Assembly (NCBI GenBank): GCA_964199315.1
Contig: OZ116703.1
Coordinates: forward strand, 26,908,001 to 26,972,000
Reading direction: 5' to 3'
Origin: Orbicella franksi
Lineage: Eukaryota
DNA: 64,000 nt
In this document: in pieces, positions 9,962 to 22,149 of the stretch
Numbering within the stretch: position 1 is the stretch's first letter
Layout: every line of letters starts with the position of its first letter
Notes under the pieces: generated by a model
What the model was told of the DNA's origin: nothing
Database searches by the model: none
Seen by the model: only the letters and a program-made list of their open reading frames with translations
Program-made: the position numbers and the translations under genes

Positions 9962-12559
9962 CTATTTACAATTTTTTATTTTCAAATTGTATCAAAATTT
10001 GTGGTGCATGATTTTGAAAATATTTTATTTGTAAACATATTTATAAATAAAATTGTACCTTTTGACCATGTGTGTGACTATTAATAGAACAAATCTTTTC
10101 AGTCTTGTGTTATGACTCGTTACGATGTGAAGATAACCACATATATTTTTGGCATTTTGGACACAGCATGTGCTCGCAGCTTCAAAGCCTTGCCAAAACC
10201 CCTGAGCCAATTTTCCAATGAAGGCTAACCACTAACTTAGAACAGTTGTTTTGCTTGGCTGTGATAGCCTAAGAGACACTTGGTACTCTTTAGCGGCATG
10301 TCAGACTAGTTGCCGAACCATGGTATGTATTTTGGTGAGGCTAATCATGCCTGATTTGTCGCCGTATTGGCTAATTAAGAATTTTGATAGGATGAAATGT
10401 AAAATCGGCACCGACACCGGCACAAACCTGTTTACAGGCGTTTCATACTACTCTGCCTTGCCTGCCCTGAGGCACTGTAAAGAAAAGGAGCGAATGGTGG
10501 CGAACGAACTAAAATGGAGAAATGAAAAGTAAATTAAACTGATCCTGTCTTATTTTTTTGTCGCTTACACTTCACTCCGTGTTAGGCCGGCTTGTGAACT
10601 TGCCACGGGGAAAGCATCTAGTATGGCGCTCCATATTAGCTTCGCTCTACGAACGGTTTTAAATGTGTAATCGCCTCTCTGAAGCACTGAAATCACCGTT
10701 GATTTCCACGCGCAACCCCAGCGCGAGAAAAGCTGTGGCAAAAATTGCACCAAAACTCGTCTGTGTAAATGAGCCTTAAACAACTGAATTCTGTCTATTT
10801 TCAGTTCAGTTGCTTCAATGCACGAATCCATTTGTAGCTTCGTAAAGCTTTTTCTTTTGTACTTTGCTTAAAAGAGTTTTTTCTTATAATACTAACCAAC
10901 GGTGTTTAGCAATACTCCAGTGAACAATTCGTAGAAAACATTTGGAGATGGAACCGAGACAAAACGTACTAGTTACTTCCTCTTAGCTATGATTTCTGTC
11001 GAGAGAGTTGCTGTAGTAACTAATTTTGAATTGTTTAAAAAATTATTTATTTCTTCAGCGATTAGACTGAATCCTGCTAAACGTTTGGTACGTGATGTAA
11101 GCCGTATCTTGCGCTCGCGCGCGGACGTCACCCAGTACTTCGAGTATTCCACGCTGATGGACAGCGAAATGCAAAAGACCAAATCTTACACTTTGACTGT
11201 TAAATCGGTCTTCCACCTCGAGCGTGCAGTTAATTAACAGATGATTTCCTGAATCGGAGTGTGATCTCATGCAAACTATAAATAAATTTTGGAATGTTTA
11301 GCTGAGAAATTTTAATAATTTATCCTTCTAAGAGACAATCGGAGCCAGTTTTCCTGCGAAAGAAAAGCTGTATTGACGCTTTTTGCAGTTTATTTTTTCG
11401 GGCGCTGTGAGTTAAAACCAACATTGATTTAGTCTCAATTTAACAAATAGACTGGGTAAATAATAGCGAACTTGGCCGCGTTGAACTTGATTATTTAATG
11501 AAAACCTACAAGCCTGAAACACGACAAACGAAAATATTGCTTTGACAGAATATCAAGTTTTCATTCGTCAAGAAAAATAGATGCCCTTCCCCTGGGTAAA
11601 CGAGGAGGAATTTGAAAGCATTTTATCTGCCTCCTTCTTCAGAAACGCGCCACCGGACTAGCGCACATCTTGGATTTAAAAATATTGTAATGCTGGGTCA
11701 GATTAATGCGGATTAAAAATATGGAGCGGCAACGTTTTGCGCGGGAAATGTACGTCAGCGTGAAAAATGCACAATATAAACTTCTACAAATTTTATTTTG
11801 ATATTAACTTCAAGGCTAAATTTAGCTATTTTTCATTTTTTACAATATATACATTTTACAAACCGAGGACGCAGCTTTCATTCGAAACGTCATTTATATA
11901 AAGCTTTGCTCCTCGTAAATAGCTAAAATGATTTAATAAGGAAAAAGCGAAAACGTGATTTACAGGCTGTAATTATCTCTGATTGCTTTCTGGAAAATTC
12001 ATGAAGGTTACGTAATATAGATGTGTGTTCTTTTCAGTTTTCTCTCTTAGTAGTAACTTGAGAGTAAGTAAACTTGACTTTCAGTCAGAAGTCTTCTTTA
12101 TATCTTCTGCAAGGTCAAGGCAAAATTACTAACAGGCTTCAAGGAAACCACGCTCGGCCAAAATTCTTGAAATGTTCGCTGTGTAAGCGAATTATAGAGT
12201 TCCTTTCACGGCGTTTTGTAATTGCCTGTCCGTATTGCACTTTTCCAACCACAGCAGTCAGCTGACGGAATGGCGACGAATCAAGGCATGTCATTGAAAC
12301 TGAGATGAATACATCATCGTGACTGCCAACGGGGATTCTATCTTCTGTCTCTTGCGGTATTTATTTACAAGATACCCTACAATATTTCACACCATAAGAA
12401 AATATCTTTCTCCAGCGGGAAAAGCCATAAAGTTACAGCGGGCACGAAGAAAATATTACCAACTTGTTTGTACACTATCCACAGGAGTTCGCTTCCTGCG
12501 CAACTCAAAGAACAGTTATGTAAAAAAGCTATGAAAGTCCTCTCTTTCTACGTTGGTAT

Positions 12560-13226
12560 TTAACTATCTGGTACCGAAATAAAAGTAGCACCACTGAAAA
12601 AGCTGATGATATAGACGAGGATTGAAACGCCTGCTTGGTACGGTAAAGAGATGCGTACAGGTATCAAAAAAGACATAGAAACGCCCTCTAAATTGGCCAA
12701 CTGAAAAACAAACACAGCTGTCGAGCTTCGCACAGTTCGATGGGCTCGTATTTCTTGATTCAAACCGTCTCCAATGCGGGCCAATGTCCTTCCAATTTCT
12801 CTCACTCTCATTCTTCTAACACGGGCCACATCATATTGGGAATGTTCCGTGGAATCGCTTGAATGTTCCCCCATGAGTGAACTGCAGAAGAGAACCATCC
12901 GTTTGTACCAGGGTATAAGTTTTCTGCTGTCGACAAATAAGAAGGAATCGTATAAGCGGCACGAAGAAGTTTTTATCGCGTTTGTGAAACGAATTCGAGA
13001 CTGAACCAGGCGCTGTTGTGATATAATATTCACCCCTGTGTATTTACATTACTGCTCGCACGTATTTGATAAAAACCTATGAAATTTTTATTGCCCTGTT
13101 ATAGCAAAAACAGATTAAAATGATACAACTCTCGGAAAATCAGGAAAAAACACACTTACGATTTAGTTCGTCACTACTTAAAAATATTGTCAAAGGCAAC
13201 TGTAGATATCGTAATTTCCGTCCCAT
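12560..13226 (-). CDS. Candidate BH3-only protein, 2 exons, 180 aa, with C-terminal hydrophobic tail
   Basis: Exon 1 13226-13160 (MGRKLRYLQLPLTIFLSSDELN; donor GTAAGT) joins in phase to exon 2 13035-12560. IGRTLARIGDGLN at 12758-12796 fits the BH3 consensus. Hydrophobic C-terminus; minus-strand AATAAA near 12360. Confidence 0.65.
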
Positions 13227-16200
13227 GAACAAATTTGGTTTATTTGTATATTCGCACTACATTAGTGAGACGTAATTCTCCTTACAAGGTCATTCGAACC
13301 ATCGCGTGAAGACTGCATGGTTGTGCGTGGAATAATTTGATTATCAGTTTGCTGTGTCGTGGAGCAGGTTATTAGGGAATCATAAACAAAATAAATGAGC
13401 ACGCCTTTCCGAATACGAAGGTCACGTTATCTAAAAATGAACTTAAGTGCGTAGTTCTATTTTTTATTTTAGTTTTTATTGTTACGATTTCAGTTGTGAG
13501 TCATAAAACACTGCGGAAACTCGACTAAGTCCTTTTTACATATAGATTTCTCTTAACATAAACAGGATATCTTTTTTGAATAGCCTTAATCGTCTTGGTT
13601 CAAGATAACGTGTTAATTTCAGTTTTGTCATACTATACTAACGTGGCGATTTGAAAAGCCAGTCAAATTTGAAAAGCAAAACTTTACAAGCGTATGTTCG
13701 CAGTTGTGATGTCCCCGAGGCAATCCAAAAGGAACAAATTAGATTAGAATTTGGGGTGGTAACATTTCAAAAGCATTGTGTCTATAAGTATTAAGGAAGC
13801 GTATGAGTTCAGCCTTCTCGTCCTTGGGGAACAAAAAATAGAAATAAAAAAAATACACTTCGACACACCTGTTGGCGATGATTCAGAGCTCTTGATGTCA
13901 AACGGACAAACGGGCTTCACTGGGTGTATACTGCCTGGCAAGTTCAAATTGTTTTCCACAGCTAAGAAGTGATACTTCTTCCAATATCAGTGACCTTCAC
14001 GCGAGTTCTAACGTTTGTCAACTTTTATTGACGGCCAGTGCTAATAAGCTATTGTTTCTTAACGAACGTTTGGCGCCTAACGTGTTGCGAATAAAACAAA
14101 AATTTGAAGCTTTGCATCCAATTTATAGCAGAACATACATGCCAAGCGCCACAGAGTCGCCTGCACTTTGTAAACACTCCATGTAACCCTCTTGTGAAAC
14201 AAAAACACGCGCACGAAACAATTGAACGCACTAATCCCTAAACATTGCCAATGCCCGTCTACGAAGCTTATTTGCATGATGTTTGTCACGCTTCCCGACT
14301 AGAGCTCTCTAATCATGTTAAGGAAGCGACTAATAACAAACATTTTCGTACTTTTCCTGTCTAAACTCTTTGAAAATTGTCTCACATCAGTGTATATTAG
14401 ATTTATAACCAGACTAATTTGATTCGGAACTCCCTTTTGTAGTTTTTGTTGGAAATTTAGTCAGTCATGTGGTTTCCTGGCGCCATTTTGACTATTCTCG
14501 CGTGCTGTGCAACGTTTCCGCGATGTGTCGCAGCAGCTTTGCGATGTAACTCTCAAGTATTTACATCCTGTAAAGGTTGCACGTCTTTTTGAATGTTACA
14601 AACGGTGTTCGTAAAGCAGTGTTCGTAAACATAAGCATAGATTAGTTTTTCACCTTTTTTATGCCGCACGATGATACTAATTAATGGCTGATAAAATCGA
14701 TTGACATTGTTTACAAAATTTTGATGACGAAGCAAAAGCATTGCTATAATTGAATTTGTTTTCCTTAACAAGAAGAATCGTTCAACTCGTTTCCGTTGAA
14801 AACGAAAAAAAGAGAGCTAACCAAAAAATTGAACTTTGATTCCAACATTTCTCACGTCGTAAGGTGTAAAGCTTTTTCAGTGCTGCATGAATGAATACAC
14901 GAAGTTTATTCACTATGTGTTTGCTATTTGAAAAATAATTAGGGAAAAAATACAACAGGTGACCTGAGGATTTTTCGAATGTCATTGGATATTTGTGAAA
15001 CTCTCCGACGGCTTGTAAGTTTTGGAACGGGCCTGTAATCCGTGTCAAATCCGATTTCTTTTCCTCACGTACTGGGCTGGTCCACCAAAAAAATGCAGTT
15101 TTATTTAAAGCAGCAATTGATCTTCAAGCAATAAATTATTCATTGAAAACTTGGTGAGTCATCGCAAGGGGTTTTTCCCTTGATGTCGCTGGAATAAAAA
15201 TGTGCATGAATCAATTGTTTATCAATCGTGTTCCTCTCGTTTTGAGTCGTTCCATAAAACCACTTGACTAGTAAGGAACAGACCCCACAAACTGCACCAA
15301 AAATAAATACCTTAACAACGTAAAAACACCAGCTGTCATAGTCAAAAATTATACCTTGTGCAGCTTTTCTCAGAAAGCTCAGATTAACAATCATTCATGT
15401 CTCATGGCATGGGCAATGGCTACCTTAAAACGTGATGGCTACGGTTTGTTAAATGAATACTGAAAAATCAAGCATTTTCTTTCGACATTTGTCCCCATGC
15501 ACGACGAGACTATTTGCCTTCTCAACATAATAATTTAGTTTCCCTGCCTGATTGAGCTTGGAATCGTTTTAACAAGAACATATAATTAAAAATTTTCATG
15601 TCATCCCATGGTGGATATAAATTGAAAAAGTCTAATATTAAACGGCAGCTTGTTTGATTTAGTTATAAAAGGGAGTCATTGCTTAACCTTTCGTAAAACA
15701 TCTGCGTTAAATTGAAGCACGAAACACTACGAGAGATCTCTAGTGCGTTGAACTTCTAGGAACGTAGGCAAATAAATTTTTACTTTGAAAGAATAAAAAG
15801 TAAATCACATCATTCCCTGATAACTTTGCAATGAGAAGGAATTTATACTTGCAGCGCCAGCCGCCTTGAAAACACACTGAGTTAAACAAACTGATGACGT
15901 CTTAGGTCAGCCGCAGCCTTCTGCAGCTCAGTGGACATATTATCTTCCTACAAATAAGGAAAAGTTAATTGCATATTTTGTTGCGAATTCCGTCATGTTG
16001 TTGTATTGTTACCCGATGTAATGCTCCATAACGATAAGCAATTAACAGTAAGTCTTAGTGAATCTATTTGAAGATCAACTGAAGCAACCTTAACTGGTAA
16101 TTCTGACGATTTTGTTATCATTGCGCAAGGCAAAACAGAACAATATTTCTGCTATTTTTCAAACTTCTCTTGCTTGTTTTGGCGACATTTAATTATTGTT

Positions 16201-18231
16201 TCTTAACGTGACATATATTTTAATTTCAATAGTACCTGATAGTACTACTTTACTTTTCACCTAAAATTGGCACAAAACAAAACAAAACAAAACTGACTGC
16301 ATGAAGGAGAAATTGCAAGTGGGCACGTCGGCTGAGGAATGATCTCAAAGAACAAGGATGTTGTCAAACAACAAGGATGTTGTATTTGTTGTCGGCTTGA
16401 GCACACTGCAAAACTTTCATCGTTGGGTGGTCGGATTAATAATCATATCAAAAAGGTTAACAGAAAAGGCTATGGCAAATTTAGGTTTCACTTGCTTCGT
16501 CATTGCACAAAAGTATCAACGACTTCTGAACCATGTGATTTTCTCGGTTTTTCTTCAGTCCCTCAGTTCTTTTTTCCTCTAGCTAGGCTGTAAAACCAAT
16601 CCTTAGGCTTCAAAAGTTTTACATGGATCCTCTTTTTTCAGGTTCTTCGACTTATTTACCGCCAGGGTTTAAAAGAAATTTACTTCGTATTTCTCGTTCG
16701 TGCATGAGGAAAACATTTCAATTCCGGTAAGAGTCGCGAGAAGTGGGTTGTAGCACATCAAAAATGCAGCCCACAGCTCCGCCCACGAGATTGGCCAGTC
16801 ACGGCGAGCTTACTGTGAATAACGATAAATGCGCATGCGTAACATCCTGTCAATGAACATGATGGACAGTTGTCCATGTTGGCCATCGTTGCCAAATTAC
16901 TATTTGGCTTTCTGTCAAATTAACGTCCTTAACTTAGTTCGAAGCCGACAGCACTGATCACGCACCATTGAGCTTCTAGTCAGTTGCAGTCGTTCAGTCA
17001 CTCAGTGAAGCCTGAGTGGGAAAAACAGCGATTTTAAGGGAACACCAGCCCTTAATTTCCTGCTATGGCAAAAATTATAAAGGATTGCGACTTACCTCAT
17101 TTCCTAATATCAGCATCCGGCAGCAAATCGCTTGGACCATCTTGCTAGTCTCGTCCTGCTATCGAGTGTGAAAGAAGTGCGAGGCTGATCGAACAACAGC
17201 TACATAAATCAAGGCACTGACTGGCAGAATGCCCGCATGTCCATTTTGTTGTCCCACCTAGCGATTCTTCACATCTATTAGACTGTTATTATCTCCCATT
17301 AAATACTTTGCATGCTTGATATCAAGAACTTGAACCTTTTTCAGCTATTTCAACTGCCTGATCGCTAGTTTTCTGGTGATAGCTCTTCAGTGGAACGGAC
17401 CCTCTCTCGGTTGACTTGATCGGTCAGTCGAATGAATGATCAAACTCCGGAGTACTTATTAAAAGACCTATTTAAACTGACCCTTCAGCACGGACTATGG
17501 ACTTCGAAATATAGCAAACAAATGAGCTTTGCCCGAGAGCCCTGCAACAATTCTTTTTAAGGCAGTTTTTGCTATAGTGGGGTACATTTTTTGGGGGAGT
17601 AGCCTTCCAGTAGATCTTGCCGACATCAATCCCTTAATGTCCTCCTCGTAATGCTCAGACTGTTTTGTCCTGTGTTTCACTAGGATACCAAGTCCCGTTA
17701 TCCAGTTCTCCAAAGCCTCGACCTTATGGGACCCTATGAGGTTATGCTTCTGTCCGACCAACACATTTTATTTTCCATACTTGTTTTTTAGAGGTGGCCC
17801 CTAAAATTTAAACCAGTTGTCAGACCTGCCCGCCTGCATGCTAATATATTATAATTATAAATGGCTTCTGGTGATGGTGATTCGTGTTTTATCGTTTAAA
17901 TCATGATACTTGTTCTCTCCTGCTTTTCACCATTTGAAAATTTCGGCTTGAAGATTTAACGGCCATGTGGGGAAAAGAATGTATGTATAAATACGCCCAG
18001 TCGTAGTGTCCAGACCAAAGATTCTAGTTTAAAGACTAAAATTTGTGACTCATTTTGCGAACAGACAACTCAGACCTACCGGTCTTTCTCATGGGTGGAC
18101 TGGAAACCAATCAGAACATGAGTTAGTCACATGGACTATCACGTGATCCTGCGTGCAAGGAAGGACGCCATTGCACGAGTTCCCTGAGATTTTTGTCGTG
18201 CGCTTGTTAGCTCTTACTTGAACTGGGCAAA

Positions 18232-21200
18232 ATGACTCGTGTTTTCATTGGAAGACTATCGATGAGTGCAAGAGAAAGTGATGTGGAGAGATTCCTTCGA
18301 GGTTATGGTAAAGTAAGGGATATAAGCTTGAAGAGAGGCTACGGATTCGTGGTAAGAGGAATACGGATATTGTTGCGTGCTTTCGCTATGGAGTCTTTCT
18401 TTTGTGGCCTTCTGTCTTTAACAAGAAAGCTTACATTTTACCTGTAGGAGTTTGACGATTACCGAGATGCTGACGACGCTATTGCAGATTTGAATGGCAA
18501 GGAACTGATGGGAGAAAGGTGAGTGAAACTAGTTAACCTGGATATGTAAAATATCAGTTGTAAATGATAATAAATTATTGATCACGAGCCGAGTCCAAGT
18601 CCATACAATGCTTACCACAAGCTTATACAGAGATGTATCATGTACGAGTACACATCAACTGTAGCTTCTTATAGTTGACTTCGTTTTCATTAGATTCGAC
18701 TGCCTTCACAGTGAGGGATACATTATTTCAAAATGTCAATATTCCATGCGTTTCATATTTTCAAGTCTTTGATTCGGGACCGCGCCACAAGCACCCAATT
18801 GAGCATTCATGAATCACCGATTTTAATTATTTTGTCTTGAAATTTGCAATGAAAATTGTCAAATTGCAATATGGTGTGTTTTTTTTTCCTATTATGTCAT
18901 GAACATATATTTGTAAGAAGTTAGTTTTACATCTCTTCTTGTGACTGGAGAGTGTATTTGTCTTTCTTCCAGTGTTGCATTAGAACTAGCAAGAGGCAAA
19001 AGGGTTGGAGGAGGTGGCGGTCGTGGTGGTGGAAGAGGAGGTGGTTACGGAGGGAGAAGACCAGTTTGGCTTGACAAGTATTAATATAGACATATTCTTC
19101 TCACCTTTTAATAAGGACACTGGCTCCCCTGTTTTCAACATGACTGTAAACACTGCCCCCATATTCTTCATTTTATTCAGCTAACCTATTGAATTGCAGG
19201 ATATACAGTAGATCATAACAGGAAGTTTAACAGTGCATTTGTTTGTATATCATGTAAAACAAGCATAGATGAGCTTCCCACAGAGTACAGGGAAAGCCAT
19301 GATGTGCAGAATGTGCCTGTATTTACAAGGGAGGCACTGTCCTTAACCATTGTAAATCATGAAATTTAAATTTTACCAAAACCAAAATGTATCAACAGTT
19401 ACTAGCATACTTTAATATCTTACTGTTCGAGTGTAACACAACTTGAGAAATTGTCATATTCTTAGCTAATTTTTGGTTTTGCCATTTGTACTTTTGTTTG
19501 GTACAGTGGAACCTCAATATAATGAAGGGCCAGGGAACTGGCAAAATATGTTTGCTTTAATGAGGTTTCACTGAAGAATATCATTCATTATACAGAGGGC
19601 TTCGTTATATAGAGGTTTGTTAAATTGAGGTTCCATTGTATTACTATATCCATGGAAGAGTTTGTATTTATACAATTTGTTGTGTTTGTTTTCCCCACTG
19701 GGGGTCAAGGTATGGACCTCCGGTAAGGACTCAGTACCGTGTCATCGTTGAGAACATGTCCAGTCGTACAAGTTGGCAGGTAATTACAGTATTATAGTTT
19801 ATTACTATATAATTTTATACGGTAATCTAGCATTGTAACAGGATTTTCTGGATTTTTACACTTTGTTTGTGAAGCCTTAACTACATGTACCTGTTGTATC
19901 CTTTTCCTATACTAATTTGTCAAGTAGATTACAGTACGTTTTATCCTATTAAACCTTGAAATCGAACTTATTTTAATTAATTTTATCTGAATTGTTTTAC
20001 AATGTCATTAGGGGATATACAAATATAGGAATTATGTATAGCCATTGTTATATAAAGGTACCATCTCAAAACTTGGTTTGAAAATGAGTAGCCACCAAAT
20101 TTGTCACCTTAAACCACGGCCACAGGTACTACTTTGTGTACTTGTAACTTTCCAATAATACATAACACTTTCTTTTAATGTTTTATTCTAATAGACACAA
20201 TAGCAGAAACCTGGGTAAAACTAAAACTGAAAATTCTCCATGTCAGAGTTGTGTTGTTAAAATTTCATAAGGTTTTTTTTCCAGTGATTGACTTCAGGCA
20301 AAAAAGCTCACTAAGAACAGTTTCCCATTCTTTACTTTACCTTTGTTTGTTGACAGGGCGTTAAGGAATAAGCGCTTGATATTCACTAAGCAAAGGGTAC
20401 AAATGATGTTGGATCTTTCCCTAAACTGAGAGAGGTTCCTTTTGTGTGTCACTGCCTTGCGACAGTTGTGAAAGCTTGCAAATTAACGATGTGAAGTGAC
20501 TAAATGTGAAATGGGTACAGTGATTGATGAGAAGTCTGCTTGTCAACTCTGAGGCTACTTAACTAAATCTGTGATTTGTGAGAATTTGAAGAGAGGTAAA
20601 ATATCTTCAGGTAAGAGAGAGAGGAGACAATTGCCTTCCTTTCGGGGTTTGAAATCAGGAAAAGAAAAATTTAAAAAATTATCATCTATCGAACTGCTTG
20701 ATACAGCTTATGCGTACAAATTATGCAAAATTTTCTACAAGATAGGTACTTGTACATGTACAGCTGCTTTTGTGACGCAGTTTTTACTGATTATTACTTG
20801 AGATGGTAAAATTAAAGTTTATTGTTTATGAAATCTGTCAATTTTTGATTCCTTTGCATTTTTTACGAGTAATTACTCTGGTTGTTTAAATTAAATTGAA
20901 GATAATCACTACGAACCAGCAGTGTTCAATGCATTGTTGATGTTATTAAACATTTAAAGATATATAAAATAAAATTATTGCATTTGACCACGTTTGCTAT
21001 ATAGTATGTTTCAAGTGTAGTTTTATTTGGTACCTTTCTTTTAGTTTTTAACCATCGTCTTATTTTATTATTACAGGATCTCAAAGACCACCTTCGCCAG
21101 GTCAGCAATGCCAAATTGACTTACGCTGATGCACATAAAAAGAGAGTAGGAGAAGGGTGAGATCAATTATTTTTTTTGGATTTTTTTCATTGCCTTGCAG

Positions 21201-22149
21201 CATTAAATGTATAGTATGTATAAAGCAAAAATAATTCAGCCTTGTATAATACCAAAAGGGTAAAATACTCAATGTAGCAATCTTGGTTACATGAACTTGT
21301 ATTGAAGTCAGTCTTGTGTTTTGTTAGATCTGTGGAGTTTGAGAGTCGCGATGACATGCTGGACTGCATCAGGAAAGCTGACAACACAGAGCTTGGGGGC
21401 AAGAAGATACGATTAACTGAAGTAAGTTCATGTATCTGCTGACAAAAGAGCCACTATTGTACATGACCTTGTGGGCATTGTGTTCCTGATTTTTCACATT
21501 ACTACATGCTCATGCATCTAACGTTGTTCTGTTGGTTTGGTTTAGGAAATTGTTTTGGCTTCTTTCCTGCTCTTTCCCTACCCTTTTCTTGTCAGCCAGG
21601 TTTAAACCTAAACAAAAGTCTGTTTGTCAGTATGTATCATACTCTCAGATATAAAATGATTAAATTGGTGTTGTGTAGTGTACCATTAAACAAACATATC
21701 TTCTTGCAGGATAAAGGCCACCACAGTTCCCCTCCAAGACGTAGTTACAGGAGGAGTTCACGTTCTAGGTCTCGCTCTCGTTCTCCAAGATCTCGATCTC
21801 GTTCCCCGAGGTCACGTTCTCGCTCCCGTTCACCAAGAAGGCATTCAAAGTAAGTACCTGTTAACAGTTTTTCAGCCCGTGTCAAATTCTAAGTAAAGAA
21901 ACGGAAAAAATCTCTTCTACTCTATGTACCTGCTTTTACAGTATGAGAAAAAGGAAAAAAAAAATTTTTTAAGTGGGTAACTTGATTCCATTATTCCATC
22001 TGACTTGCAGGTCTTACTCTCGTTCCAAGAGTCGTTCTGCATCCAGATCACCTGTACGTGGACAGAAGCGCTCCAGAACACCTTCCAAATCTCCTGAGCC
22101 AGCACGGGCACCATCCCCTGGGGACAAGCATGATGACAGTGACGAATGA
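18232..22149 (+). CDS. SRSF4/5/6: Serine/arginine-rich splicing factor of the SRSF4/5/6 group (RRM, pseudo-RRM, RS domain)
   Basis: Exons 18232-18351, 18448-18518, 18973-19077, 19710-19779, 21077-21156, 21328-21421, 21710-21849, 22011-22149. [26 protein letters not shown]; [23 protein letters not shown]|DLKD; RS repeats. Confidence 0.95.
19504..19638. mobile_element. Tc1/mariner-type MITE in SRSF intron 3
   Basis: TA-CAGTGGAACCTC ... GAGGTTCCATTG-TA. Confidence 0.7.
20357..20610 (+). other. Candidate poison (premature-stop) cassette exon in SRSF intron 4
   Basis: Long polypyrimidine tract and acceptor TTGACAG|GGC GTT AAG GAA TAA gives an in-frame stop after SWQ; donor TTCAG|GTAAGA at 20610/20611. 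Confidence 0.65.

Noticed and set aside
10293-10314. p53 response-element-like GGCATGTCAGACTAGTTG near the BH3 gene
   Set aside because: Core spacing is 5 nt rather than 6, there are several mismatches, and it lies ~2 kb beyond the gene's 3' end
10565-10831. 88-aa minus-strand ORF
   Set aside because: Nucleotide sequence (AAGGCTCATTTACACAGACGA..) looks like a Harbinger-type MITE end, and there is no splice or homology support
11055-11270. LEVLGD (LxxxGD) in a minus-strand ORF
   Set aside because: Flanking h1/h4 positions do not fit BH3; probably chance on the antisense of the 10989 ORF
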